Part shown: piece by piece, positions 36,071 through 45,319 of the stretch
How the letters are laid out: each line of letters begins with the position of its first letter
Numbering within the stretch: the first letter of the stretch is position 1
DNA from: an uncultured Roseiflexus sp.
GTDB taxonomy: Bacteria; Chloroflexota; Chloroflexia; Chloroflexales; Roseiflexaceae
NCBI GenBank assembly: GCA_937935075.1
Contig: CALGYB010000009.1
Location: 4,854 to 68,853 of the forward strand
DNA: 64,000 nucleotides
Direction of reading: 5' to 3'
Made by a program: the position numbers and the translations under genes
The notes under the pieces: generated by a model
Told to the model about the DNA's origin: nothing
Database searches by the model: none
Seen by the model: only the letters and a program-made list of their open reading frames with translations

Positions 36071-38893
36071 TTACCGGACGATCAGCGGCATCACTACCCG
36101 ATACAGCGGCGATGCCGCCGGCGCCTGCGCCTTTGCCGGACCATACCGGTTGATCTGTCCGGTCGTTTCGATCTCCTCAAGCCAGTATGTGTACGATGTG
36201 TCCGGTTGCGCAGTTACGTCACGCCATTCATACGCCGCGCCGCTGCCAGGGCTGCCGCGCGCGCGGATGAGCGCTGGCGTCACGAGGACCGCGTCGTCGC
36301 TGCGCCCGGTAGCGCTGCGCAGCAGACGGAAGCCGGCAGTATCGAGTTCCAGTATGGTCCCCCAACGAACAATCAGCGTTCCGCCTTCCCAGCCAGCCGT
36401 AAAGTACTCAAGCACAATCGCCGTAGGAATGCCCTCGAAGAACCCGAAGTCGTAGGTGTGGTTGTTCGTTCCGGCAGCCGCGTGATTATCATACGGAATG
36501 ACGAACACCGCGTTATTCCCGACCGTCACGCCATCGGAGTCGCGGCTGTCGCCATTCGGGCTGTCGTCGTTGTTTGCGAATGTCAGCGTCAGGTTGTTCA
36601 ACGGCTGTTGCTGATTCGGACCGGTAATGTTCGGAATGCGGATCTCGTATTCCGATGCGCCGCCTGGCGTGCCGGTGCGGGTGCGAATGCCGATCCCGCC
36701 GTCGTGGATGATATTGTCCTCGAGGTTGGCGTCCACCGGGTCTCTGCCACTGCGGAAGTAGTACGTCCCCTCGGCATCAGTTACCGCAACGCCAATCCGC
36801 TGACCATTGCGCCACAATTCAACCGTCACGCCGGGGATGGGCGGTTCATCCGGGTCCTGCACGCCATTGCGATTGGCATCGAGCCAGACGCGGTTCCCGA
36901 TTTCGATCGGCGCCTGATCGCAAAACGTTTCCAGGTCGCCAAGTCCTGCCGATTTGCCGAATGTCGCTCGCCGCACCCGCGTGCCTGGCGGTGAACCGAT
37001 CGGTTGATCCGTCCCGAAGATCGTATAGGCATTGATAAAGGCGCCGTTGGCGGCATTGAACCAGCGCAGACCGCCGGAGCGGACCTGACCTCCCTGTCCT
37101 GCCAGCAATGCATCATAAGCCGTGGTAATCACCTGGCGCTGACCATAATGCACCGCCATGCCGCCGATGGTCACTTCATCGTGGGCTGTGCCATACTCAT
37201 CGCGGTTGTAGAACTCGCCATTCCCCGGACCCTGCCGGTTGTTCGTCGAGCCGCCGACCAGACCGCCAGGGCATGCGCCAGCGTTTTCCAGGCTATAGCC
37301 GGAAGGCGCTGCAGGGTCAACGCATACGCGCAGCAGATCACCGGCAGCCACGCCATCGTACTCGCCTGTGTCAGTCGCAATCGTGCTATAGTTGCGGTTG
37401 CCCAATTGCATGCCCGCGCGATCATTGAACGCAACCAGGATAGCGCCATCGACATCGAAATCGATTGCGGTCAGCATCGGTTGCGGGTATATCGTCTGTC
37501 CAAACGGACCCTGACCGGGCAACGGCACAGGTGGTCCGATATCACTCCACTCGTTGATCCAGGGCAGCCAGGCGGCAGACACCCGATTGCCGGGACCCGC
37601 GTTCGAAGCCCGACCGCGCGGATAGTTGAGCGGGAATGAGAAGACCTCGGTGAAGTTCCCTGCCGCTCCATTCGGATCGTGGCGATAGATATGCGCTGTC
37701 AGATCGGTCGTGTCGATATTCTTCCCGGCGTAGGGGAGTTCTCCCGAACAGACGCCGCCGACGTACACCTGACCGGCATACGCCTTGACTGCCCACGGAC
37801 GAAACACGCCATCGCTGCACGCAGGCGCCGGCAGAGGATGGACAGTGATATCTGCGGCTGTCGGTGTAACTGGCGGAACGCCAATCCGAATCTCGAGCAG
37901 CGTTCGGGCGGTCAGGTTGACGACCCACAGCGTCTCTTCATCTTCCGAGAGCGAAATGCCGCCGATGCCAAGTTTGCCAATCGCGTCGAACGCTGCGGGA
38001 TCGCGGCTCGGATCGGCTTCGTTGATGGCCAGGTCGCCAGGACTGCGCGGATCAGGACCGACTGCGACGCCGGACGGATACCCGGCGGCATTCAAGTCGA
38101 TCAGCACAGTGGGAGCAACGACCCCATCGCGGTCAATACGGTAGATAGCGCCAATGCCGCCTGCGCCAAAACCGACGTGGCGTTTCACGACCGCCGAAGC
38201 CAGCAGTGTTCGGCTGGAACGCTGATAGGCCAGCCCCCACGTCGCACCAACCTGCTGACCGATCGCCAGATACACATTCTCGTCCGGACCGGTCGTTGTC
38301 GGCTCGAATGGGACCTGCACAATTGCAAACCGGCTCGCCGTCGAGCCGCCACCCTGCGGGTCGCCGTTCGTATAGCAACTGGTAACGAGGTCTGGTCCCT
38401 GCTGGCAATACTCTGCCGGATTGTGCAGCGCAAAATTGATATTCGACGAGTTGCCGTCCGGCACGAACTGAATGCTGGTGTTGTTGCTCGCGCCCTGGAC
38501 TGCGGGACGCATATACGCGGGCCAGCCGCTGAACTCGATGCGGTACGGTCCTGTGCCGCCGGCATTGAGGGTGTAACTCCCAATCGCCGGCGTATTCAGC
38601 GCGGTACACTCCGCTATCGGGTTTCCAGGACCGAGGCAGAGTGTGGCAAAGCTCACCGTAACACCCACTGCCGCGCCTGACGAGTCATAAGCAGTGACCG
38701 CAATGCCGCCGACGCCGGGTTCGTTTTCGTCACGCACACCATCACCATCGAAATCACGGAACACGTTGCCACTTATGACGCCAGCCGCCTGAACCCCGGC
38801 GGCCATTGGGAGAGCAGCCGCGATGAGCGCCATAATCAGCGCGCCGACCATCAGAGCCGGCGCGCGCCGTCCGGGGGGCAAAAAACGTTGCAT
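36071..38893 (-). CDS. Large secreted/surface protein with two SdrD-B-like domains, a central repeat domain and a C-terminal Ig-like domain
   Basis: Signal peptide; ISGNVFRDFDGDGVRDENEPGV and IGNRVWLDANRNGVQDPDEPPIPGVTVEL SdrD-B starts; NHTYDFGF; PTAIVLEYFTA domain. Confidence 0.85.
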   Translation of the reverse strand: MQRFLPPGRRAPALMVGALIMALIAAALPMAAGVQAAGVISGNVFRDFDGDGVRDENEPGVGGIAVTAYDSSGAAVGVTVSFATLCLGPGNPIAECTALNTPAIGSYTLNAGGTGPYRIEFSGWPAYMRPAVQGASNNTSIQFVPDGNSSNINFALHNPAEYCQQGPDLVTSCYTNGDPQGGGSTASRFAIVQVPFEPTTTGPDENVYLAIGQQVGATWGLAYQRSSRTLLASAVVKRHVGFGAGGIGAIYRIDRDGVVAPTVLIDLNAAGYPSGVAVGPDPRSPGDLAINEADPSRDPAAFDAIGKLGIGGISLSEDEETLWVVNLTARTLLEIRIGVPPVTPTAADITVHPLPAPACSDGVFRPWAVKAYAGQVYVGGVCSGELPYAGKNIDTTDLTAHIYRHDPNGAAGNFTEVFSFPLNYPRGRASNAGPGNRVSAAWLPWINEWSDIGPPVPLPGQGPFGQTIYPQPMLTAIDFDVDGAILVAFNDRAGMQLGNRNYSTIATDTGEYDGVAAGDLLRVCVDPAAPSGYSLENAGACPGGLVGGSTNNRQGPGNGEFYNRDEYGTAHDEVTIGGMAVHYGQRQVITTAYDALLAGQGGQVRSGGLRWFNAANGAFINAYTIFGTDQPIGSPPGTRVRRATFGKSAGLGDLETFCDQAPIEIGNRVWLDANRNGVQDPDEPPIPGVTVELWRNGQRIGVAVTDAEGTYYFRSGRDPVDANLEDNIIHDGGIGIRTRTGTPGGASEYEIRIPNITGPNQQQPLNNLTLTFANNDDSPNGDSRDSDGVTVGNNAVFVIPYDNHAAAGTNNHTYDFGFFEGIPTAIVLEYFTAGWEGGTLIVRWGTILELDTAGFRLLRSATGRSDDAVLVTPALIRARGSPGSGAAYEWRDVTAQPDTSYTYWLEEIETTGQINRYGPAKAQAPAASPLYRVVMPLIVR

Positions 38894-38912
38894 GGTTCAT
38901 CCTCCTGTGCGT

Positions 38913-40007
38913 TTACCGGGAGCGCGCGCGAACAGCCGGGGTTCGCGCATCAAATGGGAACGGATCGGCGAATGCGGGGTTGCGTAGCGACTCTTCGTCG
39001 GTCAGCGCCTCGAGAAATGCGATCAGGTCGTGGCGTTCATCGTCGCTCAACACAAACCCGGCGATCAGCGGGTGACGCGCGGCGATGCGCTCTGGTTCAG
39101 CGCCGCCGCCCTGACGCCCGCCTGATTCGTAGAAGCGAAGAACTGCATCGAGCGTGGGCAGACTTCCGTCGTGCATATAGGGCGCCGTCACCGCCACGTT
39201 CCGCAACGGCGGCACGCGGAACCGGTAGGCATCCGCCAGGTTCCCCGTCTGCTCCGCCAGACCGCGATCCGGGCTGCGACCGGCGCCTGTGGCGACATAT
39301 GTCAGATCAGACCAGCGTGGCGGCGTGGCGCGCTCCGGCGGCGCAATGTCAACATGGCAATGACCGCACGCCAGCCCTGGCGAAAAGAAGAGCGCCAGAC
39401 CGCGTTTCGCGCTGTCGCTCAGCGCCGTGTCCTCGCCGTGGTAGACATATCGGTCGTAAGGCGTGTTACGCGCAGCCAGCGAACGAACAAAGGCTGCCAG
39501 CGCGTCGGTAATGCGTTGCCAGGTCCATGGATCGGCATCCGCAGGAAACGCCGCAGCAAATTGATGAAGATACGCCGGATCGGTTCGTAGCCGGTCAATC
39601 GCCATGGTTTCGTATCCTGCAACGCCCATCTCTGGCGGGTCGGCGGTAAAAAGTGCGCGCGCTATTTGTTGCTCCAGCCGCCGAATATCGGCATTCGCCC
39701 AGGTCAACACAGATAGTTCACCGCTGTTGAACAGCCCTGGCGTATTCCGCCGCAACGGGACGCCGGTCGCGCCGGTTGGAACAACCCGTCCGTCACTGAA
39801 CCCCAGTTCCTGGCGATGACACGTAGCGCACGCAATCTGCCCGTTGGCTGACAGGCGCTGGTCATAAAACAACCGGCGACCCAATTCGATCATCGCCTGC
39901 GGCGACTTGCCGGGCGCTAGCGTTTCGGCAGCAGGAACAAACCCTCGCACCACGGTGACGAGCGCCACAATGAATAGGGCGATGCCCAAGAGAAAAGCCA
40001 GGCGCAT
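38913..40007 (-). CDS. Di-heme cytochrome c peroxidase superfamily enzyme, MbnH/MauG-like
   Basis: LGRRLFYDQRLS, CATCH, LTWAN, LEQQ...F...P.EMG, CGHCH, FRVP.LRNVAVTAPYMHDGS; N-terminal signal/TM. Confidence 0.9.
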   Translation of the reverse strand: MRLAFLLGIALFIVALVTVVRGFVPAAETLAPGKSPQAMIELGRRLFYDQRLSANGQIACATCHRQELGFSDGRVVPTGATGVPLRRNTPGLFNSGELSVLTWANADIRRLEQQIARALFTADPPEMGVAGYETMAIDRLRTDPAYLHQFAAAFPADADPWTWQRITDALAAFVRSLAARNTPYDRYVYHGEDTALSDSAKRGLALFFSPGLACGHCHVDIAPPERATPPRWSDLTYVATGAGRSPDRGLAEQTGNLADAYRFRVPPLRNVAVTAPYMHDGSLPTLDAVLRFYESGGRQGGGAEPERIAARHPLIAGFVLSDDERHDLIAFLEALTDEESLRNPAFADPFPFDARTPAVRARSR

Positions 40008-40048
40008 TGCAGCCTTTCTGAAAGTGCTTGAACCTTACATTGTAGTGA

Positions 40049-40077
40049 GCGTGGGCTGAGCCTGTCGAAGCCCACGC
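40049..40077. repeat. REP-like hairpin, TGAGCCTGTCGAA loop (reverse orientation)
   Basis: GCGTGGGC, TGAGCCTGTCGAA, GCCCACGC. Confidence 0.8.
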
Positions 40078-40349
40078 CAATCACCACGTCGTTTTGCCCA
40101 AAAAGAGCGCCGCCACCCCTCGGCGTCTGTAAAACGCCGCTGATTGCTTTAGCCATGCGCCAGCGTTGCTACGACGTATGTGCATTTATGTATGGCTGGT
40201 CGTACTATCCTATCACGTGGAACGAGACAGATCAACTGTCAAAATCGTCAAAAAAGCGCTGCGTGTCTGACAGTTTTGTTCCTTATTCCGAAACGCTTGT
40301 AGGAAGATCAATCTAAACCCGGACACCCACGCTTGCACCTGTGGAACGG

Positions 40350-40384
40350 TTGGCGTTGGCTGAGCCTGTCGAAGCCACCGCCGA
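40350..40384. repeat. REP-like hairpin, TGAGCCTGTCGAA loop, imperfect stem
   Basis: TTGGCGTTGGC, TGAGCCTGTCGAA, GCCACCGCCGA. Confidence 0.7.
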
Positions 40385-40466
40385 TCACGAGATTGTCTCA
40401 TATCCGGTTGATCTTCCTGTTAGGGTATACTTGTTGCACAGCAGTTTCAGCATGAAAGGCACACCT

Positions 40467-40865
40467 ATGCGACTCGAACACATCGCCCTGAACGTTGCGG
40501 ACCCCGATGCCATGGCGCAGTGGTACGTCACGCATCTGGGGATGCACATTGTGCGTCATATTCCGACGCCCAACGCAATCTATTTTCTGTCCGACTCGGC
40601 GCAGCGCAGCGTGATCGAGATCTACCGCAACCCTGCCGCTCCCATTCCCGACTACGCCTCCCTGTCGCCGCTAGCGCTGCACCTGGCATTCAACACAGAT
40701 GACATGGAAGGCGATATTGCGCGGTTGGTCGCTGCGGGCGCAACCCACGTCTCACCCATCGAAACGACGCCCTCCAACGACCGGCTGACATTCCTGCGCG
40801 ATCCGTGGCACGTTGCGATTCAACTGGCGCAGCGGAATACGCCGCTCCTGCAACCGGCGCCGTAA
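40467..40865 (+). CDS. VOC/glyoxalase family protein
   Basis: MRLEHIALNV.D..AMAQWY...LG, IEIY, HLAF..DD, FLRDPW. Confidence 0.9.
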   Translation: MRLEHIALNVADPDAMAQWYVTHLGMHIVRHIPTPNAIYFLSDSAQRSVIEIYRNPAAPIPDYASLSPLALHLAFNTDDMEGDIARLVAAGATHVSPIETTPSNDRLTFLRDPWHVAIQLAQRNTPLLQPAP

Positions 40866-40889
40866 CCGTCATACCAGGAACGATCGCCA

Positions 40890-41656
40890 ATGCCGCGACG
40901 ACAACCGCAGAAACGACACCGGCTGCCGCCGGTCGAAGGCTTTGCGCGCCGGGCGCTGGCACTGCGCGCGATGCTCAACGACGACAGCGCCAGCGCTGGC
41001 GATCAGGCGCTCAAATTGCTCGAAGAGTATCTCGAACGCCTGGCGTATGGCTACGGCTATGTCGGCGACGGTAGTCTGGGGCGCTACGCAAACTTTCTCC
41101 GGGGACGAAATGCGCTCGATGAGGATATTATCGAGCGTATCGACGCCTACACCCAGGTGCGCAACTGTCTGGCGCATTCGTATGGGTTGCAGACTTCGCC
41201 TGACCTTGCCGCTGAACTGGTCGAGTTCATCGAGTTGCTCCTCAAGCGTGGCGCTCCGACAGCGGAAGATTTGATGACCCACGCCGTTCGCACCGTCGAT
41301 TTGGGGGCGTCGCTGGCGCATGTACGCGACCTGATGATCCGCGACGGCTATGGGCGGTTGCCGGTACTGCGCGATGATCGCCGGATAGTCGGATTGCTGA
41401 CGGAGCGCGACCTGGTTGCCGCCCAGGCGCTTGCTGAGCGGGCGCATCGGCGTTTCGACGAACTGACAGTTGCCGATGTGCTGCCGCCGGACGTCGTGAT
41501 CGCGTTGTGTGCGTGGCGCCCGACACGTCGCGCGAGGAGGTGGCGGAAGCGTTGACGCGCGGCGGAGTGATTGCCTGTCTGGTGACGCCGGACGGTTCGT
41601 CCGATGCCGCGCTGCTCGGCATCATCACCCATGCAGATTTGCTTTATCGGATGTAG
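40890..41656 (+). pseudogene. HEPN-like + tandem CBS domain gene with an apparent 1-nt deletion near 41498
   Basis: Frame 1 gives RNCLAH and CBS1 (DLMT...GYGRLPVL..GLLTERDL). The -1 frame from 41498 reads DRVVCVAPDTSREEVAEALTRGGVIACLVTPDG...LGIITHADLLYRM*, a complete CBS2. Span 767 nt = 3n+2. Confidence 0.8.
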
Positions 41657-42701
41657 GGACGCTTTCAGGGAAGGGAACCCAGGAGTCGCGCTCGGCGTCG
41701 TAGCCGTATCGCAGCACGACCTGTTGCTGCTCGGAGACGGCGCGCAGGTTGAACGCAAACGGCACGACGAAGAGGGTCATGTTCGTCTGATCGAAACTGA
41801 TCCGCCGCACCCGCGGTTCGGCGAAATGCGCCAGACGCTCGTCGATTTGCAGGTCGATCCGGAACTCGCCGGTGGCGTGGCCTTCGGCGTCCAGCGCCAC
41901 TGAGCCGACTTCGGCGCTGCGCGCCAGCCCGACGTAGAGCCGCTTCCCGGCGCGCCCCTGAAACACTGCCAGCCCGATGGCATCGATACCGATCATTTCA
42001 TCGCTGATCGCCCCGCTCGCCAGATCAACCCGCACGATCCGCCCCTGTTCCGCCTGCCGCGTCGAACCGGCGACGGTACTGACATACAGCGCGTGGGTAT
42101 CACAGTCGTAGGTCATCCCCAGGATACCGAACGGATTGTCGCTCGAACCTGCCACGCCCGGCAGCGTGACAAACGGTTGCAATTCCGCAGTCTCGCTATC
42201 GATCCGATAGACGACGTTCAGGCTGCCGGGCGGATTGTCACTGACAGCGGTGCGCGGCACAGCCGCAGTATAGACATGCCCGTCACGGTCGATGACGAAC
42301 GGTCCCAGCGTGCCGGCGTCGTCCCACGACGGTTCCTGGTGAATGTCGCGCTGCGCCGGGTCGGCAGTGACCGGCACGCGCCCATCGAAGATGACCAGCC
42401 CTTTGTACATGCGCTCACTGGTGCTGATGCCGAGCCGGTCGGCATACCCCAGCCGCGCGGCGAAACGCGGGATGCCCCGGCAGCCGGTGACGCCGCCGAT
42501 GACGGCTGGTGAGCGTGTGGTCGATGGCGCGATCGGCACGGCGTTCTCTGCGCTGCGCGTCACCCACCATCCGACACTGGCGATCGCCAGCAATGCGACA
42601 ACCCCTGCGACAAGCAACAGAAAGCCGCGTCCGGCGGAAGGCGGCGAGGCGGCGGGGCGCCTCGTTCCAGATGTGGCAGTGCGGCGGCGTTTCCCCATCA
42701 T
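41625..42701 (-). CDS. Membrane-anchored extracellular protein, probable beta-propeller
   Basis: Basic N-terminus plus TM helix; beta-rich repeats (GPFVIDRDGHVY, GMTYDCDTHALYVST, GLAVF); ATGA overlap with the upstream gene. Confidence 0.7.
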   Translation of the reverse strand: MMGKRRRTATSGTRRPAASPPSAGRGFLLLVAGVVALLAIASVGWWVTRSAENAVPIAPSTTRSPAVIGGVTGCRGIPRFAARLGYADRLGISTSERMYKGLVIFDGRVPVTADPAQRDIHQEPSWDDAGTLGPFVIDRDGHVYTAAVPRTAVSDNPPGSLNVVYRIDSETAELQPFVTLPGVAGSSDNPFGILGMTYDCDTHALYVSTVAGSTRQAEQGRIVRVDLASGAISDEMIGIDAIGLAVFQGRAGKRLYVGLARSAEVGSVALDAEGHATGEFRIDLQIDERLAHFAEPRVRRISFDQTNMTLFVVPFAFNLRAVSEQQQVVLRYGYDAERDSWVPFPESVPTSDKANLHG

Positions 42702-44488
42702 CCGCCTCCCAACGGCACAAACAGCGGTCCGGCGGCGCAGGGCCAGATGCGCGGCGTGAAGATGCCTTCGCTCAGAACAGAATCCGCCCAGCAGTATTCG
42801 GCGCCGGGCGTATCCGAGTTTTTCAGTTGCGGCACGTACCAGAGGACGAGCGGCGCCCGCTTGAGCGACTCCGGCGGCGCCAGGAAACGCTCCGGTCCCT
42901 GGCGTTCATCGGTATTGCAGCAGTCGCCGAGCGTCGGCAGGTCGCTTTCGCCCTCATCGCGGTCGGCATCGCCGCGCACGGCGTACAGGTAGGCGTTGTC
43001 GCCGCGCCCGCCATCGCCGAACTGCCCTCGCCCCGGCGCAATGTACCATCCGCGCCGGGCGACGTTCACAATCCGATATTGAAATCCCTCCGGCGTGTAC
43101 GGCGTCGCATCGCGTTGCACCTGCCATCCCTCGGTGGTCCAGTCGCGCCAGCCGGCGCCATCCCATTCGGAAAAGGTGTACTGGTCGTCTGCCAGAGCAA
43201 TGCGCATTACCGGACGATACATCCCATCGTTGCCGCAGCCACGCCCTTCGCTCACGAACACGACGCGAAAACTGCCGTCCTGGTAGAACTCATAGCGCTG
43301 GCGATACGCATAGTTGCACGGCGTGGGCCAGAACTCGCTGCGGAAACGTTGCACCAGCGCGAACCCCGCAACGCCGCCTGGGGAACGAATCTCTTCGACC
43401 TGCGGACCATCCCACGCGACGACCGCCGCCGCCGAAAATGCCGGGCATCCCAGCGCATCGCTGTAGCCGAACCCTTCCTGCTGCGAATAACTGATGTGGA
43501 CATCGACCAGTTTGGCGCTGCGCAACACCGGACTGTCGTTGAAGCGCACATCTTCGATGCGCAGCCCGTCGGTGCTGGTCAGCAGATAGCGCAACGACCA
43601 GCCATCGCGCTGCAGGTCGGTCTTTTGATCGCAGAAGCGCGCCGTCACCACATCGTCCTGGAGGCGTTGTTCGGTGACCGGACGACGACTCGACGCGCCC
43701 AGGTCGGTCCAGCGCAGCCCGATAATCGTATAGTCGACCAGATCGACGATCACCCACAGCGCGCGGTCGCCCCAGACGAAGATCGGCGCGGTGCAGAGGT
43801 GGCGCGAGCGTTCGCAGGCGGTCGCCTGGAACTGCACCTTCATCTGCGGCTGCTGGATCATGCGCTCGTCTGGCGGCAGATCGAGTTCTTCGCGCACCTC
43901 AGGGGCTGCCAGCGCAATCTGCGCCGCGAGATCGAGCAGGTGGCGCGGCACGACCGTCGGCTGCGTGTCGTCGAGCGTCGCCACGCGATAGACGCGCTGC
44001 GCCTGCGGCTCGACGATCACAATCACCGTGCGGTTGCGTGCATAGTCGTAGAGTTCGACGCGATAGCAGGCGCGGTTGCGGCACGCATCACCCGCCAGGG
44101 CGTCATCCGCCGGACCGAGCGGATAGATGCCGAACACCTCAGCGCGCACCAGGCGACCGTCGGCGGTGGAAAGCGCCTGGCGCACCCGCTCGTCGGCGAC
44201 GGCGAGTTGCCATGCCGCCTGTTGTGCCGCATCGAGACCTTCGAGCAGCATTAGCGGTTCACCGCGCCCAAGCGCCTGTTCGACCTGCGCCAGGCGCGCT
44301 GCCAGGAGCGGCGCCGCGTCCGGCGGCGGCGTGGTACGTGGCGCCAGGCGTCCCGGATCGGCGGGCGGCGTGATTGGACGGACGACCGGCGTGCGGACGT
44401 TCGTAGATGTGGGTGAAGGCGGCGTAGCGGGCTGGCTGCACGCCGCGAGAAGAACAATAATGAAGAGTGCAGGAAGGGATTGTCTCAT
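42698..44488 (-). CDS. Lipoprotein with a copper-amine-oxidase-like enzyme domain
   Basis: Lipobox LLAAC after MRQSLPALFIIV; GWSL...DGLRIEDVRF, CNYAY...FYQDGSF and LVLWY segments parallel the CAO catalytic domain. The start could be further upstream. Confidence 0.6.
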   Translation of the reverse strand: MRQSLPALFIIVLLAACSQPATPPSPTSTNVRTPVVRPITPPADPGRLAPRTTPPPDAAPLLAARLAQVEQALGRGEPLMLLEGLDAAQQAAWQLAVADERVRQALSTADGRLVRAEVFGIYPLGPADDALAGDACRNRACYRVELYDYARNRTVIVIVEPQAQRVYRVATLDDTQPTVVPRHLLDLAAQIALAAPEVREELDLPPDERMIQQPQMKVQFQATACERSRHLCTAPIFVWGDRALWVIVDLVDYTIIGLRWTDLGASSRRPVTEQRLQDDVVTARFCDQKTDLQRDGWSLRYLLTSTDGLRIEDVRFNDSPVLRSAKLVDVHISYSQQEGFGYSDALGCPAFSAAAVVAWDGPQVEEIRSPGGVAGFALVQRFRSEFWPTPCNYAYRQRYEFYQDGSFRVVFVSEGRGCGNDGMYRPVMRIALADDQYTFSEWDGAGWRDWTTEGWQVQRDATPYTPEGFQYRIVNVARRGWYIAPGRGQFGDGGRGDNAYLYAVRGDADRDEGESDLPTLGDCCNTDERQGPERFLAPPESLKRAPLVLWYVPQLKNSDTPGAEYCWADSVLSEGIFTPRIWPCAAGPLFVPLGGG

Positions 44489-45319
44489 CAGGAAACCGTC
44501 AGCATGCACACCTGGCGTCGCGTGTTCCATGGTACCACGAGTTGTGGCGGGGTGGAGCACGGAAGGCTCATTGAACGTCGGGTAGGCGAAGGCAATGCCT
44601 TCGCCTGCCCAATTGACTTCTTCGGACACGCTCACAGATGGAGCGTTGTGCAGGTGAGAGGTGGGATGGACCAGAACGCCGCTGCGCCTGTACGCACATC
44701 GCAACGCTGTTCGCCTCTCGTCTCTCTCCCCGGAGAAGAGAATGATAACCACATTTATACAATCTTGATAAAAGATTATTCATCTTATCAATATGTAAAA
44801 CGAATACAGAATGTTTTTCTTGCAAAAACGGCAAAAATATCCCTGGTTCTCTGACATTATGTTCATTAATTCAGGAGTCGAGCGTATACAAAACGCATAC
44901 AAAGGCGCATAAACGCACCACGTATCGCTACAGCGCTCCTTATTTTGACCGGGATTTCACACATCGATGACTTCAGATGACAAAAACTTCACGATTGGAG
45001 TGAGATGCCGCAAGAGGTTCTTTATCTTCTCCTGCTACAGTGATACACAAAGACCTACAACGCTCTTCCCACATCGAGCACGACATCATTCCCTCTCTCG
45101 GTACATCTATCACATACCAGCCAGGCATCCAGCGCAGGCGATTGTGCGACTAAAGGATCGACAAGGGATCGTGCGATCCTGGGGGTTACTGTTGTCTGGT
45201 TTATGCACTATTCCCTCGTCACTGCGCAGAACGGGGCAAGGGCATCATGCTGACGTTCACCCGTCAGTAATATGTGATGCCAGCCCTGATAGCAGCGTCG
45301 AGTTGGGAGGAGAGCGGCA

